Positions 54,036 to 64,000 of a stretch of DNA of 64,000 bases are shown piece by piece. Under the pieces are notes generated by a model. That model was not told where the DNA came from, did not search any database, and worked only from the letters and a program-made list of their open reading frames with translations. Position 1 is the stretch's first letter, and each line of letters begins with the position of its first letter. The translations under genes were made by a program, and so were the position numbers. This DNA is from an uncultured Chloroflexia bacterium (GTDB lineage Bacteria; Chloroflexota; Limnocylindria; Limnocylindrales; CSP1-4): assembly GCA_963819655.1 (NCBI GenBank), contig CAWFXA010000002.1, forward strand, positions 1,015,361 through 1,079,360. The letters are read 5' to 3'.

Positions 54036-54926
54036 TCAGCTGCCCTGCTCGTATCCCGTGGCCGTGAGCTTGTCCCAGAGCGTGCCGGCGTTCTTGGTCT
54101 GGATGTGATCCATCATGTAGCCCTGTCCGACGTCGACCGGGCCGAAGACGTCATCGAACCGGATCCGCTCGACGGTCTCCTGGCGCGTCCAGCCCTTGGC
54201 CACGGCGTCGGCGACCGCGGCCTTCCACGCCAGTAGCACCGCCCGTTGCCGATCCACGGCTTCTAGCGTCGTCACCGGCCCGTGGCCCGGGACGAGGCGA
54301 TCGACGTCCAGTTGCCGGATCCGCTCCAGTGCCTCCAGCCATTGGTCGACGTTCGAGGTCATCAGCCAGGTCTGGACCTGATTGAAGATCGTGTCGCCGG
54401 TGAACACGACCCGCTCCTCCGGGATATGGACCGCTAGCTGGCCGGGCGTATGCCCCGGCGTCCACAGGCAGTGGAACGTATGGTCGCCGACGCGTAGCGT
54501 GAGGTCCCCGGTGAACACGATCGTCCCCTTGTTCGGGTCCTCGTAGTAGACCTCGCGGTCCGGGATGAGCGGAGCGGCGTCGGGGTCGTCGGTCGGGATC
54601 GCCTCGAGCGCGTACGCGAACGGATCGAGCTCGGCGTTCGGATCCATGAAGTTGTCGTACAACCCCTGGTTCATGACGACCTCGACGCCCTTGAACCAGT
54701 AGTTGCCGAAGATGTGGTCGACGTGGTGCTCGGTGTTGATGAGGTAGCGGATCGGGCCGTGGAGCTCGGCCTTGGCGCGCATCGCGACCGCGCGAGTCGG
54801 GAGCTGGGGCGTGTCGACCACGACGACGCCGTCCGACGTCACGACGAAGCTGGGGTTGCAGCCGCGCAGCTTGGTCGTGGTGAAGACGTTCGGAGTCACC
54901 TGCTCCATGTCGATGGTGGTCATTGC
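54036..54926 (-). CDS. MBL-fold metallo-hydrolase
   Basis: HHVDH motif; start at MTTIDMEQV. Confidence 0.8.
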   Translation of the reverse strand, partial: AMTTIDMEQVTPNVFTTTKLRGCNPSFVVTSDGVVVVDTPQLPTRAVAMRAKAELHGPIRYLINTEHHVDHIFGNYWFKGVEVVMNQGLYDNFMDPNAELDPFAYALEAIPTDDPDAAPLIPDREVYYEDPNKGTIVFTGDLTLRVGDHTFHCLWTPGHTPGQLAVHIPEERVVFTGDTIFNQVQTWLMTSNVDQWLEALERIRQLDVDRLVPGHGPVTTLEAVDRQRAVLLAWKAAVADAVAKGWTRQETVERIRFDDVFGPVDVGQGYMMDHIQTKNAGTLWDKLTATGYEQGS

Positions 54927-55705
54927 GTGGCTGTCAGCCCGCCATCGATGCCGAGCACCTGCCCGGTCACGAATGACGCGGCGTCCGACACGAGGAAGAT
55001 CGCTGGTCCGACGATGTCGCTCGTTTCGCCGACGCGGCCCAGCGGGATTCGGCCGACGATGCCGGCCTTGAACACCGGGTCCTCGAGCAGCGTCGCGACC
55101 TGGGGCGTGTCGACGAAGGTCGGCATGATCGCGTTGACCCGGATGCCGTGCTTCGCCCACTCGGTCGCCCATTGGCGAGTCAGCGACGAGATCGCGCCCT
55201 TCGCGGCGACGTAGGCCGAGTAGCCCGCGTTGATCCCAAGGTTGGCGCGGACCGACGAGATGTTCAGGATCCTGCCGCCCTCGCCCTGTTCGATCATGGC
55301 GCGCGCGACGGGCTGGGTCGCCACTAGCGTGCTCCGGACGTTGAGCTCCATGATCCAGTCCCATGCGTCGCGCGGGTAGGCCTCCGCGGGGTGGAGCACC
55401 TTGCCGGCGCCGCCGCCGACCGCGTTGACCAGGATGTCGATGCGGCCGAAGCGATCGATCGTCTCGTCGACCATCCGCTCGGCGTCGGCCTCGTTCGTCG
55501 CGTCACCCGTGACGGCGAGACCCTTGGAGCCGGCTGATTCGACCCGTTCCACCGCGGCCCGGAGCGGCTCGGCGTTCCGACCCGCCACCGCGACGAGGGC
55601 TCCGGCCTGCGCCAGGGCCTCGGCGATGGGCGCCCCGATGCCGCCCCCGCCGCCCGGGATCAGGGCGACCCGGCCCTGCAGGCTGAACATGTCGAGTTGG
55701 GCCAT
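54920..55705 (-). CDS. SDR-family oxidoreductase
   Basis: ALIPGGGGGIG Rossmann motif and YSAYVAAK catalytic motif. Confidence 0.85.
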   Translation of the reverse strand: MAQLDMFSLQGRVALIPGGGGGIGAPIAEALAQAGALVAVAGRNAEPLRAAVERVESAGSKGLAVTGDATNEADAERMVDETIDRFGRIDILVNAVGGGAGKVLHPAEAYPRDAWDWIMELNVRSTLVATQPVARAMIEQGEGGRILNISSVRANLGINAGYSAYVAAKGAISSLTRQWATEWAKHGIRVNAIMPTFVDTPQVATLLEDPVFKAGIVGRIPLGRVGETSDIVGPAIFLVSDAASFVTGQVLGIDGGLTATQ

Positions 55706-55810
55706 GCGGCCTCCTTCCGAAGTTCGAGCGTAGTGGCGCCCCCATCGTCGCGTCAAAACGCGAGTCCGGGCGTGCGGCCCCGTCGGCAGGCTCGGCGTAC
55801 GATCGCGTTG

Positions 55811-56527
55811 ATGTCCGTCGCGGCCCCATCGATCGGGATCCTTCGAGAGCGGCATCTGCACGCGTCCTTGAAACGGTGGTATGCGGAGCCCGGCGACCAG
55901 GTCGAGGTGGTCGTCGACGGGTACGTCGTGGATCTTCTCCGAGGCGAGCTGCTCATCGAGATCCAGACGCGTGGATTTGCCGGGATGCGGCCGAAGGTCC
56001 TCGCGCTGCTTGGGGCCGGCCACCAGATCCGGGTCGTCCATCCGATCGCGGTCGACCGGTGGATCGTGCAGGTGGATGACGATGGGCAATTCCTCGGCCG
56101 CCGGCGCTCGCCGCGCCACGGCGATCTCGTCGACCTGGCCGCGGAGTTGGTGACCTTTCCGGAGCTCCTCGACGATCCCGGGTTCGAGATCGAGGTGCTG
56201 CTGACCCGAGAGGAGGAGGTCCGGCGCCACGACCCCAGGCGGTGCTGGCGTCGCCGCGGCTGGACCGTGGTCGAGCGCCGCCTGATCGAGGTGCTGGATC
56301 GGATCACCCTGGCGCGGCCTGGCGACCTCACGCGCTGGCTCCCCGAGACGCTTTCGGAGCCGTTCACGACGGCCGAGCTGGCCGTCGCGCTCCATCGGCC
56401 CCGACGCACCGCGCAGCAGATGACCTACTGCCTGCGTCGGCTCGGCCTCATCGAGGCGATCGGCACGCGGGACCGCTCGGCCGCGTATCGCCTCGTCCCA
56501 CGGGAGGCTCCGGGCGACGTACTATAG
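55811..56527 (+). CDS. Hypothetical protein (possible PD-(D/E)xK-like fold)
   Basis: Start MSVAAPSIGILRERHLH; the DLLRGELLIEIQT segment resembles D...E.K nuclease-fold cores. Low confidence. Confidence 0.45.
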   Translation: MSVAAPSIGILRERHLHASLKRWYAEPGDQVEVVVDGYVVDLLRGELLIEIQTRGFAGMRPKVLALLGAGHQIRVVHPIAVDRWIVQVDDDGQFLGRRRSPRHGDLVDLAAELVTFPELLDDPGFEIEVLLTREEEVRRHDPRRCWRRRGWTVVERRLIEVLDRITLARPGDLTRWLPETLSEPFTTAELAVALHRPRRTAQQMTYCLRRLGLIEAIGTRDRSAAYRLVPREAPGDVL

Positions 56528-56579
56528 AAAACCATTACCGCCCACGTTCTGAACGACTGACGTCACCACGGAGAGGGGC

Positions 56580-57515
56580 ATGGCGCTGAACCTCGACGGG
56601 CTCATCCCGGCCACCGTCCTGCCGATGCATGGCGACGGGAGCATCGACGAACCCGCCCTCAGGACGTATATCGCCTGGGTCGTCGAACAGGGGCCGGTCG
56701 CTCTGGCGATCAACGTCGACACCGGCGAGGGACCGCATCTCACCCACGACGAGAAGGTCCGCATCATCCAGATCGTCCGCAACGTCACGGACACCCCCAT
56801 CGTGGCCGGGCTGGCCGGCCCATCGACGGACGCGGCCGTCCGCCAGGCCCGCGACTTCCAGGCCGCCGGCGCCGACGCGCTCCTCGTCTTCCCGATCCCG
56901 GCCTACCTGAGCCAGCCGCTCGATCCGCGGATCCCGGTCGCCTATCACAGGGCGATCGCGGAGGTCGGGCTGCCGCTCATCCTCTTCCAGCTGCAACCCG
57001 CCCTCGCGGGCGTGAACTACGAGGCCGACGTCCTCGAGGCGATGGCCCTGGTCGATGGCGTCGTCGCGATCAAGGAGGCGTCCTTCGACGCACGCCGGTT
57101 CGTCGATACCGCCCGGCTGCTCGAGCAGCTCCCGAAGAAGATCACCCTCCTCACCGGCAACGACAACTTCATCCTCGAGTCGTTCCTGCTGGGCGCGACC
57201 GGCGCCCTCATCGGTTTCGGCGCGGTCATGACCCGTGAGCAGGTCGACATGATCCGCGCGTGGCAGGAAGGTCGGACCGACGAAGCGATGGCGCTCGGCA
57301 GACGCGTCCAGCGGCTGGCCGACGTCGTGTTCGCTGCGCCGGTCGGCGACTATCGGGTCCGGCTCAAGGAGTGCCTGCGCATCCTCGGCGTGCTCGAGTT
57401 CGCGACCGTCCGGCAGCCGCTCCTGCCGATCTCCGACGCCGAGCGCGAGCACCTCACGGCCGTCCTGAAGGAGGTCGGCCTGCTCGCGCCGACCAACGCC
57501 CCCGCGCTCGTCTGA
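56580..57515 (+). CDS. Dihydrodipicolinate synthase family protein (DapA/NAL-like lyase)
   Basis: 311 aa; Schiff-base Lys context VVAIKEAS. Confidence 0.85.
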   Translation: MALNLDGLIPATVLPMHGDGSIDEPALRTYIAWVVEQGPVALAINVDTGEGPHLTHDEKVRIIQIVRNVTDTPIVAGLAGPSTDAAVRQARDFQAAGADALLVFPIPAYLSQPLDPRIPVAYHRAIAEVGLPLILFQLQPALAGVNYEADVLEAMALVDGVVAIKEASFDARRFVDTARLLEQLPKKITLLTGNDNFILESFLLGATGALIGFGAVMTREQVDMIRAWQEGRTDEAMALGRRVQRLADVVFAAPVGDYRVRLKECLRILGVLEFATVRQPLLPISDAEREHLTAVLKEVGLLAPTNAPALV

Positions 57516-59128
57516 TGGCCGAGGAGCCCGCGGACGTCCTGATCATCGGTGCCGGCGCGTCCGGCGGGGTGGTCGCGAAGCGCCTCTCGGAATCCGGTTT
57601 CGGCGTCGTCTGCCTCGAGCAGGGCGAGTGGCTCGACCGCGCGGACTACCCGGGCAACAAGCTCGACTGGGAGCTCAAGGCGCGCAAGGACTGGGCGACA
57701 AGCCCGAATATCCGCGGGCTGGCGCAGGACTACCCGATCGTCGAGGATGACACGCCTGTCTCGCCGCTCATGTACAACGCCGTGGGCGGCTCGACGATCA
57801 TCTTCGCGGGCGCCTGGCCACGCGCGCTGCCGTCCGATTTCCGCGTCCGATCGCTCGACGGCGTCGCCGATGACTGGCCGATCGACTACTTCGAGCTGCT
57901 GCCGTACTTCTACAGGACCGACCGCGATTTTGGCGTGTCGGGGCTGCCGGGCGATCCGGCCTACCCGCCCGATACCGAGGACGCGCCCATGCCGCCGCTC
58001 CCGATCGGGTCGGCCGGGCTCAAGGTCGCGCGCGGCATGACCAAGCTCGGTTGGCACTGGTGGCCGGAGTTCAATTCGATCAACTCGGTCGCCTATGACG
58101 GCCGCCGGCCGTGTGTCCAGCGCAGCACCTGCCAGTCCGGCTGCAATGAGGGCGCCAAGGCCTCGACCGACCTGACCCACTGGCCCAAGGCCATCGCCAG
58201 GGGCGCGCGCCTCGTGACGGGCGCACGCGTGCGGCGCATCGAGACCGACGCCAAGGGCCTGGCGACCGGCGCCACCTGGATCGACGCCGACGGGGCCGAC
58301 CATTTCCAGCCGGCGAAAGTCGTCGTCGTGGCGGCCAACGCGATCGGGACGCCCCGGCTGTTGTTGCTCTCCTCGAGCCCCCAGCACCCGGACGGCCTCG
58401 CCAACTCATCCGGCCTGGTCGGCAAGCGGCTGATGATGCATCCGTTCGCCAATGTCGCGGGCCTGTTCGAGGAGCCGCTGATGAGCTGGCAAGGGCAGTT
58501 CGGCGACCTCATCGAGTCGCTCGAGTTCTACGAGACCGACGAGAAGCGCGGGTTCGTCCGCGGCGCGCGTTGGGGTCTCGCCCCGACCGGCGGCCCGATC
58601 AACACCGCGCTCCCGAGCCGGGCCGGTGAGCAGATCTGGGGCGCCGAGCACCACGCCCACGTCCGGACGCACCTCGGCCACGGGGCGAACTGGGGTCTCT
58701 TCGCCGAGGACCTGCCCGACGAGGCGAACCACATCACGATCTCGTCGACGGTCACCGACTCGTCGGGGATCCCGGCGCCCGAGGTCCACTACGCGATGGC
58801 CGACAACGCGCGCCGCATGCTCGATTTCCACATCGAGCGAGCGACGGAATCGATGGAGGCTGCTGGCGCCTACAAGATCGAGGTCGACCGGCTGATGCGG
58901 TACTCCGGCTGGCACCTCCTTGGGACGGCGCGGATGGGCGACGACCCGACGACGTCCGTGCTGGATCGTTGGAACCGGGCCCACGACGTCCCGAACCTCT
59001 ACGTCGTCGACGGCTCGTGCTTTGTCACGTCGTCGGGCGTGAACCCGACGTCCACGATCGTGTCGATCGCCCTGCGAGCAGCCGACCACATGGTCGAGAC
59101 GCGCTTCGAGCAGCAGGTGCCGGTATGA
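57516..59128 (+). CDS. GMC-family FAD-dependent oxidoreductase (gluconate 2-dehydrogenase flavoprotein-subunit-like)
   Basis: DVLIIGAGASGGVVAKRL FAD motif and C-terminal GMC motif GTARMG; TGATGG overlap with the upstream gene. Confidence 0.85.
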
Positions 59129-59646
59129 CGGATCGCATGGACACCGGGGAGCGAGCGACCCTCGCGGCGATCGCCGACCACTTCATCCCGGCAGCGGACG
59201 GCATGCCGTCGGCGGCGGACATCCTGACCGACGATCGGCTCGCGTTCGTTGTTCGCGCTCGCCCCGACCTCGCGGAACCACTGAAAGATGCGCTGCGGTC
59301 GGAGCTCGGCGATGACGTTCGCGAGCGCCTCTCCGCGCTCGCCGACGAGCCGACCAACCTGGCCGCGCTCCAGCTGGCGATCGTCGGGGGCTACTACACC
59401 GACAAGCGCGTGCGGGAGCTCATCGGCTATCCGGGCCAGATGGCGCTCGAGCTGCGGTCGTGGGAGTACCCCGCCTACCTTGAAGAAGGGCTGATCGACG
59501 CCGTGCTCGCTCGCGGCCCCGTCTGGCGTGACCCGTCGACCGGCCGGCGAGCCGTCACGACGGATTCGCCACGTACCTACGCAGAACGCTGGTCGGGCGG
59601 TGCCGAGTCGCCCGAAGGAGGACGAGATGGCCGCGATCGCACCTGA
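59125..59646 (+). CDS. Gluconate 2-dehydrogenase subunit 3 family protein (small subunit of the GMC oxidoreductase)
   Basis: MTDRMDTGERATLAAIADHFIPAADGMPSAAD matches the family N-terminal pattern; ATGA overlap with the GMC gene. Confidence 0.6.
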   Translation: MTDRMDTGERATLAAIADHFIPAADGMPSAADILTDDRLAFVVRARPDLAEPLKDALRSELGDDVRERLSALADEPTNLAALQLAIVGGYYTDKRVRELIGYPGQMALELRSWEYPAYLEEGLIDAVLARGPVWRDPSTGRRAVTTDSPRTYAERWSGGAESPEGGRDGRDRT

Positions 59647-61105
59647 CACGACGAAGGCGTCGGCACCGGGCTGGCTCGGCACGTTCGTCGAGGCGTGGGA
59701 GCCGGGGACCGGGGCGCCGGTCGAGGACCACGAGCCCGCCACGGGCCGGCTGATCGCCACGGTCCGGGGTTCCACCGCCGACGACGTGGCCCGGGCTGCT
59801 GCCGCCGCCAAGGCGGCCCAACCGGCGTGGGCCGAGACGTCCTTCCAGGAACGCGCGCGAATCCTGCGCAAGGCCGCCGACATCTACGAGGCCAATCGCG
59901 AGGAATTCGGGACGTGGACGATGCGCGAGACCGGCGCGTCGCACAGCAAGATGCACCACGAGTCGAATTTCGCGTACGGCGAGATCCTGAGCGCCGCCAC
60001 GCTGCCGTGGCAGCCCTACGGCTCGCTCGTACCGACCGCCGTGAAGGGCCGCCTGTCGATGGTCCGGCGGATCCCGATCGGGGTCGTCGGTGCGATCACG
60101 CCGTGGAACTCACCGAGTGTGCTGGGCATGCGGGTCGTCGCGCCGGCACTCGCGCTCGGCAACGCCGTCGTCCTGAAGCCGGATCCCCAGACGCCGGTCA
60201 TCGGCGGGGCGATGTTCGAGGCGGTCTTTCGCGAAGCGGGCCTGCCGGAGGGCCTGCTCCAGATCGTCGTCGGTGGCGCCGACATCGGCGAGGGGCTGGT
60301 CACGGATCCCAATGTCAATCTCGTGTCGTTCACCGGTTCGACAGCGGCGGGCCGTCGGGTCGGCGAGCTCGCGGGCGCACGACTCAAGAAGGTGTCGCTC
60401 GAGCTCGGTGGCAACAACGCATTCATCGTGCTCGACGACGCTGATCTCGACGCCGCGACGGCTGCCGGCGCGTTCTCGTCGTTCCAGTTCCAGGGCCAGG
60501 TCTGTTTCGCGGCCGGCCGGCACATCGTCCACGAGAGCATCGCCGGCCACTACGTCGACGCGTTGCGCGACAAGGCGCAGAAGCTGCGACTGGGCGACCC
60601 GTACCGCGAGGACGTCCAGCTCGGTCCGATCGTCAACGAGAAGCAGATCAGACGCGTCGACGACATCGTGCGCCGTTCGGTGGACAGCGGCGCACGCCTC
60701 GTCACGGGCGGGACCTACGACGGCCTCTTCTACCAGCCGACGGTCCTTGCAGAGGTGACGCAGGAGATGCCGGCCTGGACCGACGAGATCTTCGGCCCAG
60801 TCGCGCCGGTCACGACGTTCCGGACCGACGAGGAGGCGCTGGCTCTGGCCAACAACAGCGCGTACGGGCTGGTCGGCGCGGTCTATTCGAAGTCGCTCTC
60901 GCGCGGCCTGTCGGTCGCCAACCGCATCAAGGCCGGGATGGTCCACGTCAACGACGGCACGCTGAACGACGAGGCGACCATCCCGTTCGGAGGGACGGGG
61001 CTGTCGGGCAACGGCAGCCGGTACGGTGGCGAGGCGAACCTCGACAACTTCACCGAGTGGCAGTGGGTCACCGTGCGCGACGAACCGCCGACGTTCCCGT
61101 TCTGA
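59627..61105 (+). CDS. Aldehyde dehydrogenase family protein
   Basis: LELGGNNAF and catalytic Cys region FQGQVCFAAGR; ~492 aa. Confidence 0.9.
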   Translation: MAAIAPDTTKASAPGWLGTFVEAWEPGTGAPVEDHEPATGRLIATVRGSTADDVARAAAAAKAAQPAWAETSFQERARILRKAADIYEANREEFGTWTMRETGASHSKMHHESNFAYGEILSAATLPWQPYGSLVPTAVKGRLSMVRRIPIGVVGAITPWNSPSVLGMRVVAPALALGNAVVLKPDPQTPVIGGAMFEAVFREAGLPEGLLQIVVGGADIGEGLVTDPNVNLVSFTGSTAAGRRVGELAGARLKKVSLELGGNNAFIVLDDADLDAATAAGAFSSFQFQGQVCFAAGRHIVHESIAGHYVDALRDKAQKLRLGDPYREDVQLGPIVNEKQIRRVDDIVRRSVDSGARLVTGGTYDGLFYQPTVLAEVTQEMPAWTDEIFGPVAPVTTFRTDEEALALANNSAYGLVGAVYSKSLSRGLSVANRIKAGMVHVNDGTLNDEATIPFGGTGLSGNGSRYGGEANLDNFTEWQWVTVRDEPPTFPF

Positions 61106-62160
61106 TGGCATCGATCACCGAGGTCGCACGCCTGGCGGGCGTCTCGACGGCGACCGCGTCGCGTGTCGTCTCGTCGGCCGATTACCCGGTCAGCGCCGCG
61201 ACCCGCGCCCGTGTCCTCGACGCGGCGCGGACGCTCGACTACGTCCCGAACGCGCTCGCGCGCGGGCTGCTCAAGAGCCAGATCCCGGTGGTCGCGGTGA
61301 TCGTCCACGACATCACCGACCCGTATTTCGCGGAGGTCGTGCGCGGCGTCGAGGATGCCGCCTCGCCCGCGGGCTACCTGGTGATCACCTGTTCGTCGGA
61401 GCGCGACGCGGAACGCGAGACGTCCTACGTCCGGCTGCTGCGATCGATGCGTGCCGCGAGCGTCATCTTCGCCGCGAGCGGCCTCGACGACCCCGAGTCG
61501 AACCGGGAGATCGAGAAGCACCTCGCCGCGATGCGCGCTGACGGAGCCGCCGTGGTGCACCTCTCGCCGCACGCGCTCGGCGACGCCGACGTTGGCGTCG
61601 ACAACGAGGCCGGGATGGCGCGGATGATCGCCGCGCTCGTCGAGCTCGGTCATCGGGAGATCGCGTTCCTCGCGGGTCCATCGACGCTCTTCGTCGCCCG
61701 GGCCCGCCTCGTCGGCTACCGCCGCGGTCTCGCGGAGGCCACCATCCCGTTCGACGAGCGGCTCGTGATCCATACGAGCTTCGACCGGGACGGTGGCGCT
61801 CTCGGAATCGACACGCTGCTCGGCGGTCTGGCACGGTTCACCGCCGTCGCGTGCGCCAACGATCCGCTGGCGATGGGCGCCCTGGCGCGCCTCGCCGAGC
61901 TCGGGATCGACGTTCCGGGGCAGGTCTCCGTCACGGGCTTCGACGACGTCCCGGTCGCCGCCATCACCTCGCCCAGCCTCTCGACCGTCCGGCTGCCGTT
62001 GCGGGAGATGGGTCGTCGCGGCTTCGCCGAGGCAGTGCGTGTCCTGGGCGGCGCGGAGCTGTCATCCACCGTCCTGCCCACCGAGCTGGCCATGCGCGCC
62101 TCGACCGCGCGACCTGCCGCCGTGCCGCTGGGCGCTGCCGTCGAAGGGGTCGGCGCTTGA
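61106..62160 (+). CDS. LacI-family transcriptional regulator
   Basis: N-terminal HTH ITEVARLAGVSTATASRV and a periplasmic-binding-like sugar domain. Confidence 0.85.
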
Positions 62161-62912
62161 CCGGGTCGCTCGCGGATCGCGTCGTGCTCGTGACCGGCAG
62201 CAGCCGGGGCATCGGCGCGGAGGTCGCGGTGAAGGCCGCCGCCGAAGGCGCGATCGTCGCCGTCCACTACCACCGCTCCGCGGATGCCGCGCAGCGGACC
62301 CTCGAACGCGTCCGCGCGGCCGGGGCGGAGGGTGACTGCTTCCCCGCGGACATCGCGGACGGCGGCCAGGCCGAGCGGCTCGTCGAACAGGTCATCGACC
62401 GGTTCGGGCGTGTCGACGGCCTGGTCAACAACGCCGGGCTCACCCAGGTGGGGCCGTTTCTCGAGATCGAGGCGGCCGAATGGGAGGAGATCATCCGGAC
62501 CGATCTGACGGCCGCGTTCCATACCTCTCGCGCCGTCCTGCCATCGATGCTTGAGCGCGGCGACGGGGCCATCGTCAACATCGCGTCGCGGCTCGCGCAG
62601 ATGGGCATCGCCGAGACCGCCGCATACAGCGCGGCAAAGGCCGGGCTGCTGGGTTTGACCCGGTCGCTCGCCCGCGAGTTCGGGCCGCGCGGGATCCGGA
62701 TCAACGCCGTCGCCCCGGGGGTCACGATCACCGAGATGACGACCGACCTCGTCGACAGTGAGGCGGGCAAGCAGCGGCTGCGCGACATGGCGCTCGGGCG
62801 GTTCGGCCGCGCCGAGGAGGTGGCCGAGGCGGTCGTCTTCCTGTTGTCCGACCGCGCGAGCCTGTTCCTCGGCCAGACGCTCAACCCCAACGCCGGGGGC
62901 TACATGCCGTGA
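62157..62912 (+). CDS. SDR-family oxidoreductase
   Basis: VLVTGSSRGIG and YSAAKAG motifs; likely TTG start overlapping the LacI stop. Confidence 0.8.
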   Translation: MTGSLADRVVLVTGSSRGIGAEVAVKAAAEGAIVAVHYHRSADAAQRTLERVRAAGAEGDCFPADIADGGQAERLVEQVIDRFGRVDGLVNNAGLTQVGPFLEIEAAEWEEIIRTDLTAAFHTSRAVLPSMLERGDGAIVNIASRLAQMGIAETAAYSAAKAGLLGLTRSLAREFGPRGIRINAVAPGVTITEMTTDLVDSEAGKQRLRDMALGRFGRAEEVAEAVVFLLSDRASLFLGQTLNPNAGGYMP

Positions 62913-63086
62913 GCAAGACCGCTGCCGCCGGCCGAATGCAGCAGATCGCCGCGCAGGTGGATCCGGCGCAAGGCGCCAACGAGCACGGGAGCGAGCGCAT
63001 CTGGATGATGCGTGAGCGAGCGCGCGCAGGCGGCAACGCGGCGACGGGTCCGCATCCGCGAGCGAGATGCAAATGGAGGTCGGCGG

Positions 63087-64000
63087 GTGCGGGCTAAGGT
63101 CCTGGACGTTCGTGATGCGGTCGCGCTGGTTCGTGACGGGAGCACGCTGCTGATCGGCGGGTCCGGTGCCGGCCACGCCGTCCCGCAGCGATTCATCGAC
63201 GAGCTCGCTGCGGTCTTCACCGCCGAAGGCAGGCCACGCGACCTGACGACGGTCCGCATCGTGGGCATCGGCGACTTCGCCGACCGCGGTTTCTCGCAGC
63301 TCGGCCTGCCCGGGCTGATGCGCCGCACGATCGGCAGCAACATCGGCAACGAGCCGCGGCTCGGTGCGCTGGTCGAGGCGAACGAGATCGAGTCGTATTC
63401 GTTCCCGCAGGGCGTGCTCTCGCAGCTCGTCCGCGAGATCGCCGCGGGTCGGCCGGGGCTCGTCACGCACGTCGGGCTGGGCACGTATGTGGACCCGCGC
63501 CAGACCGGTGGCAAGCAGAATGCCCGAACGACCGAGGATCTCGTCGAGGTGGTCACCCTGCGGGGTCGGGAGTGGCTCCTGTTCCACGCATTCCCGATCG
63601 ACGTCGCGGTCATCCGCGGCACGACCGCCGACGAGGACGGCAACCTCACGATGGAGGGCGAGGCCCTCCAGGGCGAGATGCTGGCGATGGCAATGGCCGC
63701 GCGGAACAGTGGCGGCATCGTCATCGCCCAGGTCCGGCGCCTGGCGCGTCGGGGCAGCTTGTCGATGCGCGACGTGAAGGTGCCGGGAGCGCTGGTCGAC
63801 CACGTGTTCGTCGACCCGGACCAGTGGCAGACCTACATCACCCAGGACTCGCCGTACTACGCGGGCGCGCTGCGCAAGCCCGTCACCGACGAGCCGCCAG
63901 CGCCGCTCGACGTCCGCAAGATCATCGCCCGGCGCTCCCTGCTCGAATTCCGGCGCGGGGCCATCTGCAACCTCGGGTTCGGCATCAGCCAGCTCATCGG
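63087..64000 (+). CDS. CoA-transferase family I protein (acyl-CoA:acetate/3-ketoacid CoA-transferase-like), 3'-partial
   Basis: GTG start after a GGAGG RBS; LLIGGSGAGHAVPQRFIDEL and SENGxxG-like region; continues beyond the window end. Confidence 0.7.
   Translation, partial: MRAKVLDVRDAVALVRDGSTLLIGGSGAGHAVPQRFIDELAAVFTAEGRPRDLTTVRIVGIGDFADRGFSQLGLPGLMRRTIGSNIGNEPRLGALVEANEIESYSFPQGVLSQLVREIAAGRPGLVTHVGLGTYVDPRQTGGKQNARTTEDLVEVVTLRGREWLLFHAFPIDVAVIRGTTADEDGNLTMEGEALQGEMLAMAMAARNSGGIVIAQVRRLARRGSLSMRDVKVPGALVDHVFVDPDQWQTYITQDSPYYAGALRKPVTDEPPAPLDVRKIIARRSLLEFRRGAICNLGFGISQLI

Noticed and set aside
62909-63097. 62-aa ORF between the SDR and CoA-transferase genes
   Set aside because: No RBS and a low-complexity product. 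The CoA-transferase has its own GGAGG-GTG start at 63087, so this stretch is an intergenic spacer.

Overview
This is a high-GC (~70%), gene-dense window that looks actinobacterial, with about 55 protein genes and no rRNA, tRNA, CRISPR, transposase or integrase. Confidently identified content includes: a pentose-phosphate block in two minus-strand operons (tkt-rpiB and pgi-gnd-zwf-opcA-pgl-GNAT-hydrolase); an SbcD/SbcC-like nuclease-ATPase pair in which the SbcC-like protein has a central transmembrane hairpin (YhaO/YhaN type); citrate synthase, CorA and CTP synthase (pyrG); pseudouridine-5-phosphate glycosidase; four peptidase genes (M14 and S9 adjacent; S8 and M28, both with signal peptides, adjacent ~7 kb away); several MFS/DMT transporters; and a sugar-acid-like catabolic cluster at the 3' end. 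The most unusual locus is a tightly coupled seven-gene plus-strand operon (45125-53820): a small transaldolase/FSA, a three-subunit xanthine-dehydrogenase-family molybdoenzyme (CoxM/S/L-like), two atypical PEP-utilizing (phosphohistidine swivel) proteins flanking it, and a small GNAT. Its architecture is reminiscent of a split phenylphosphate-synthase or rifampin-phosphotransferase-like phosphotransferase coupled to a molybdenum hydroxylase. A second recurring signal is at least 8 apparent single-base frameshifts in otherwise well-conserved genes (tkt twice, sbcC-like, MFS-cNMP fusion, pfkB kinase, PEP-utilizing enzyme, coxM, coxL, and possibly coxS). Because the flanking protein sequence is undegraded, these are more likely assembly indel errors than ancient pseudogenes. 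There is also a ~930-bp non-coding stretch (11139-12071) with multiple tetraloop hairpins and short repeats, which may hold a structured RNA.
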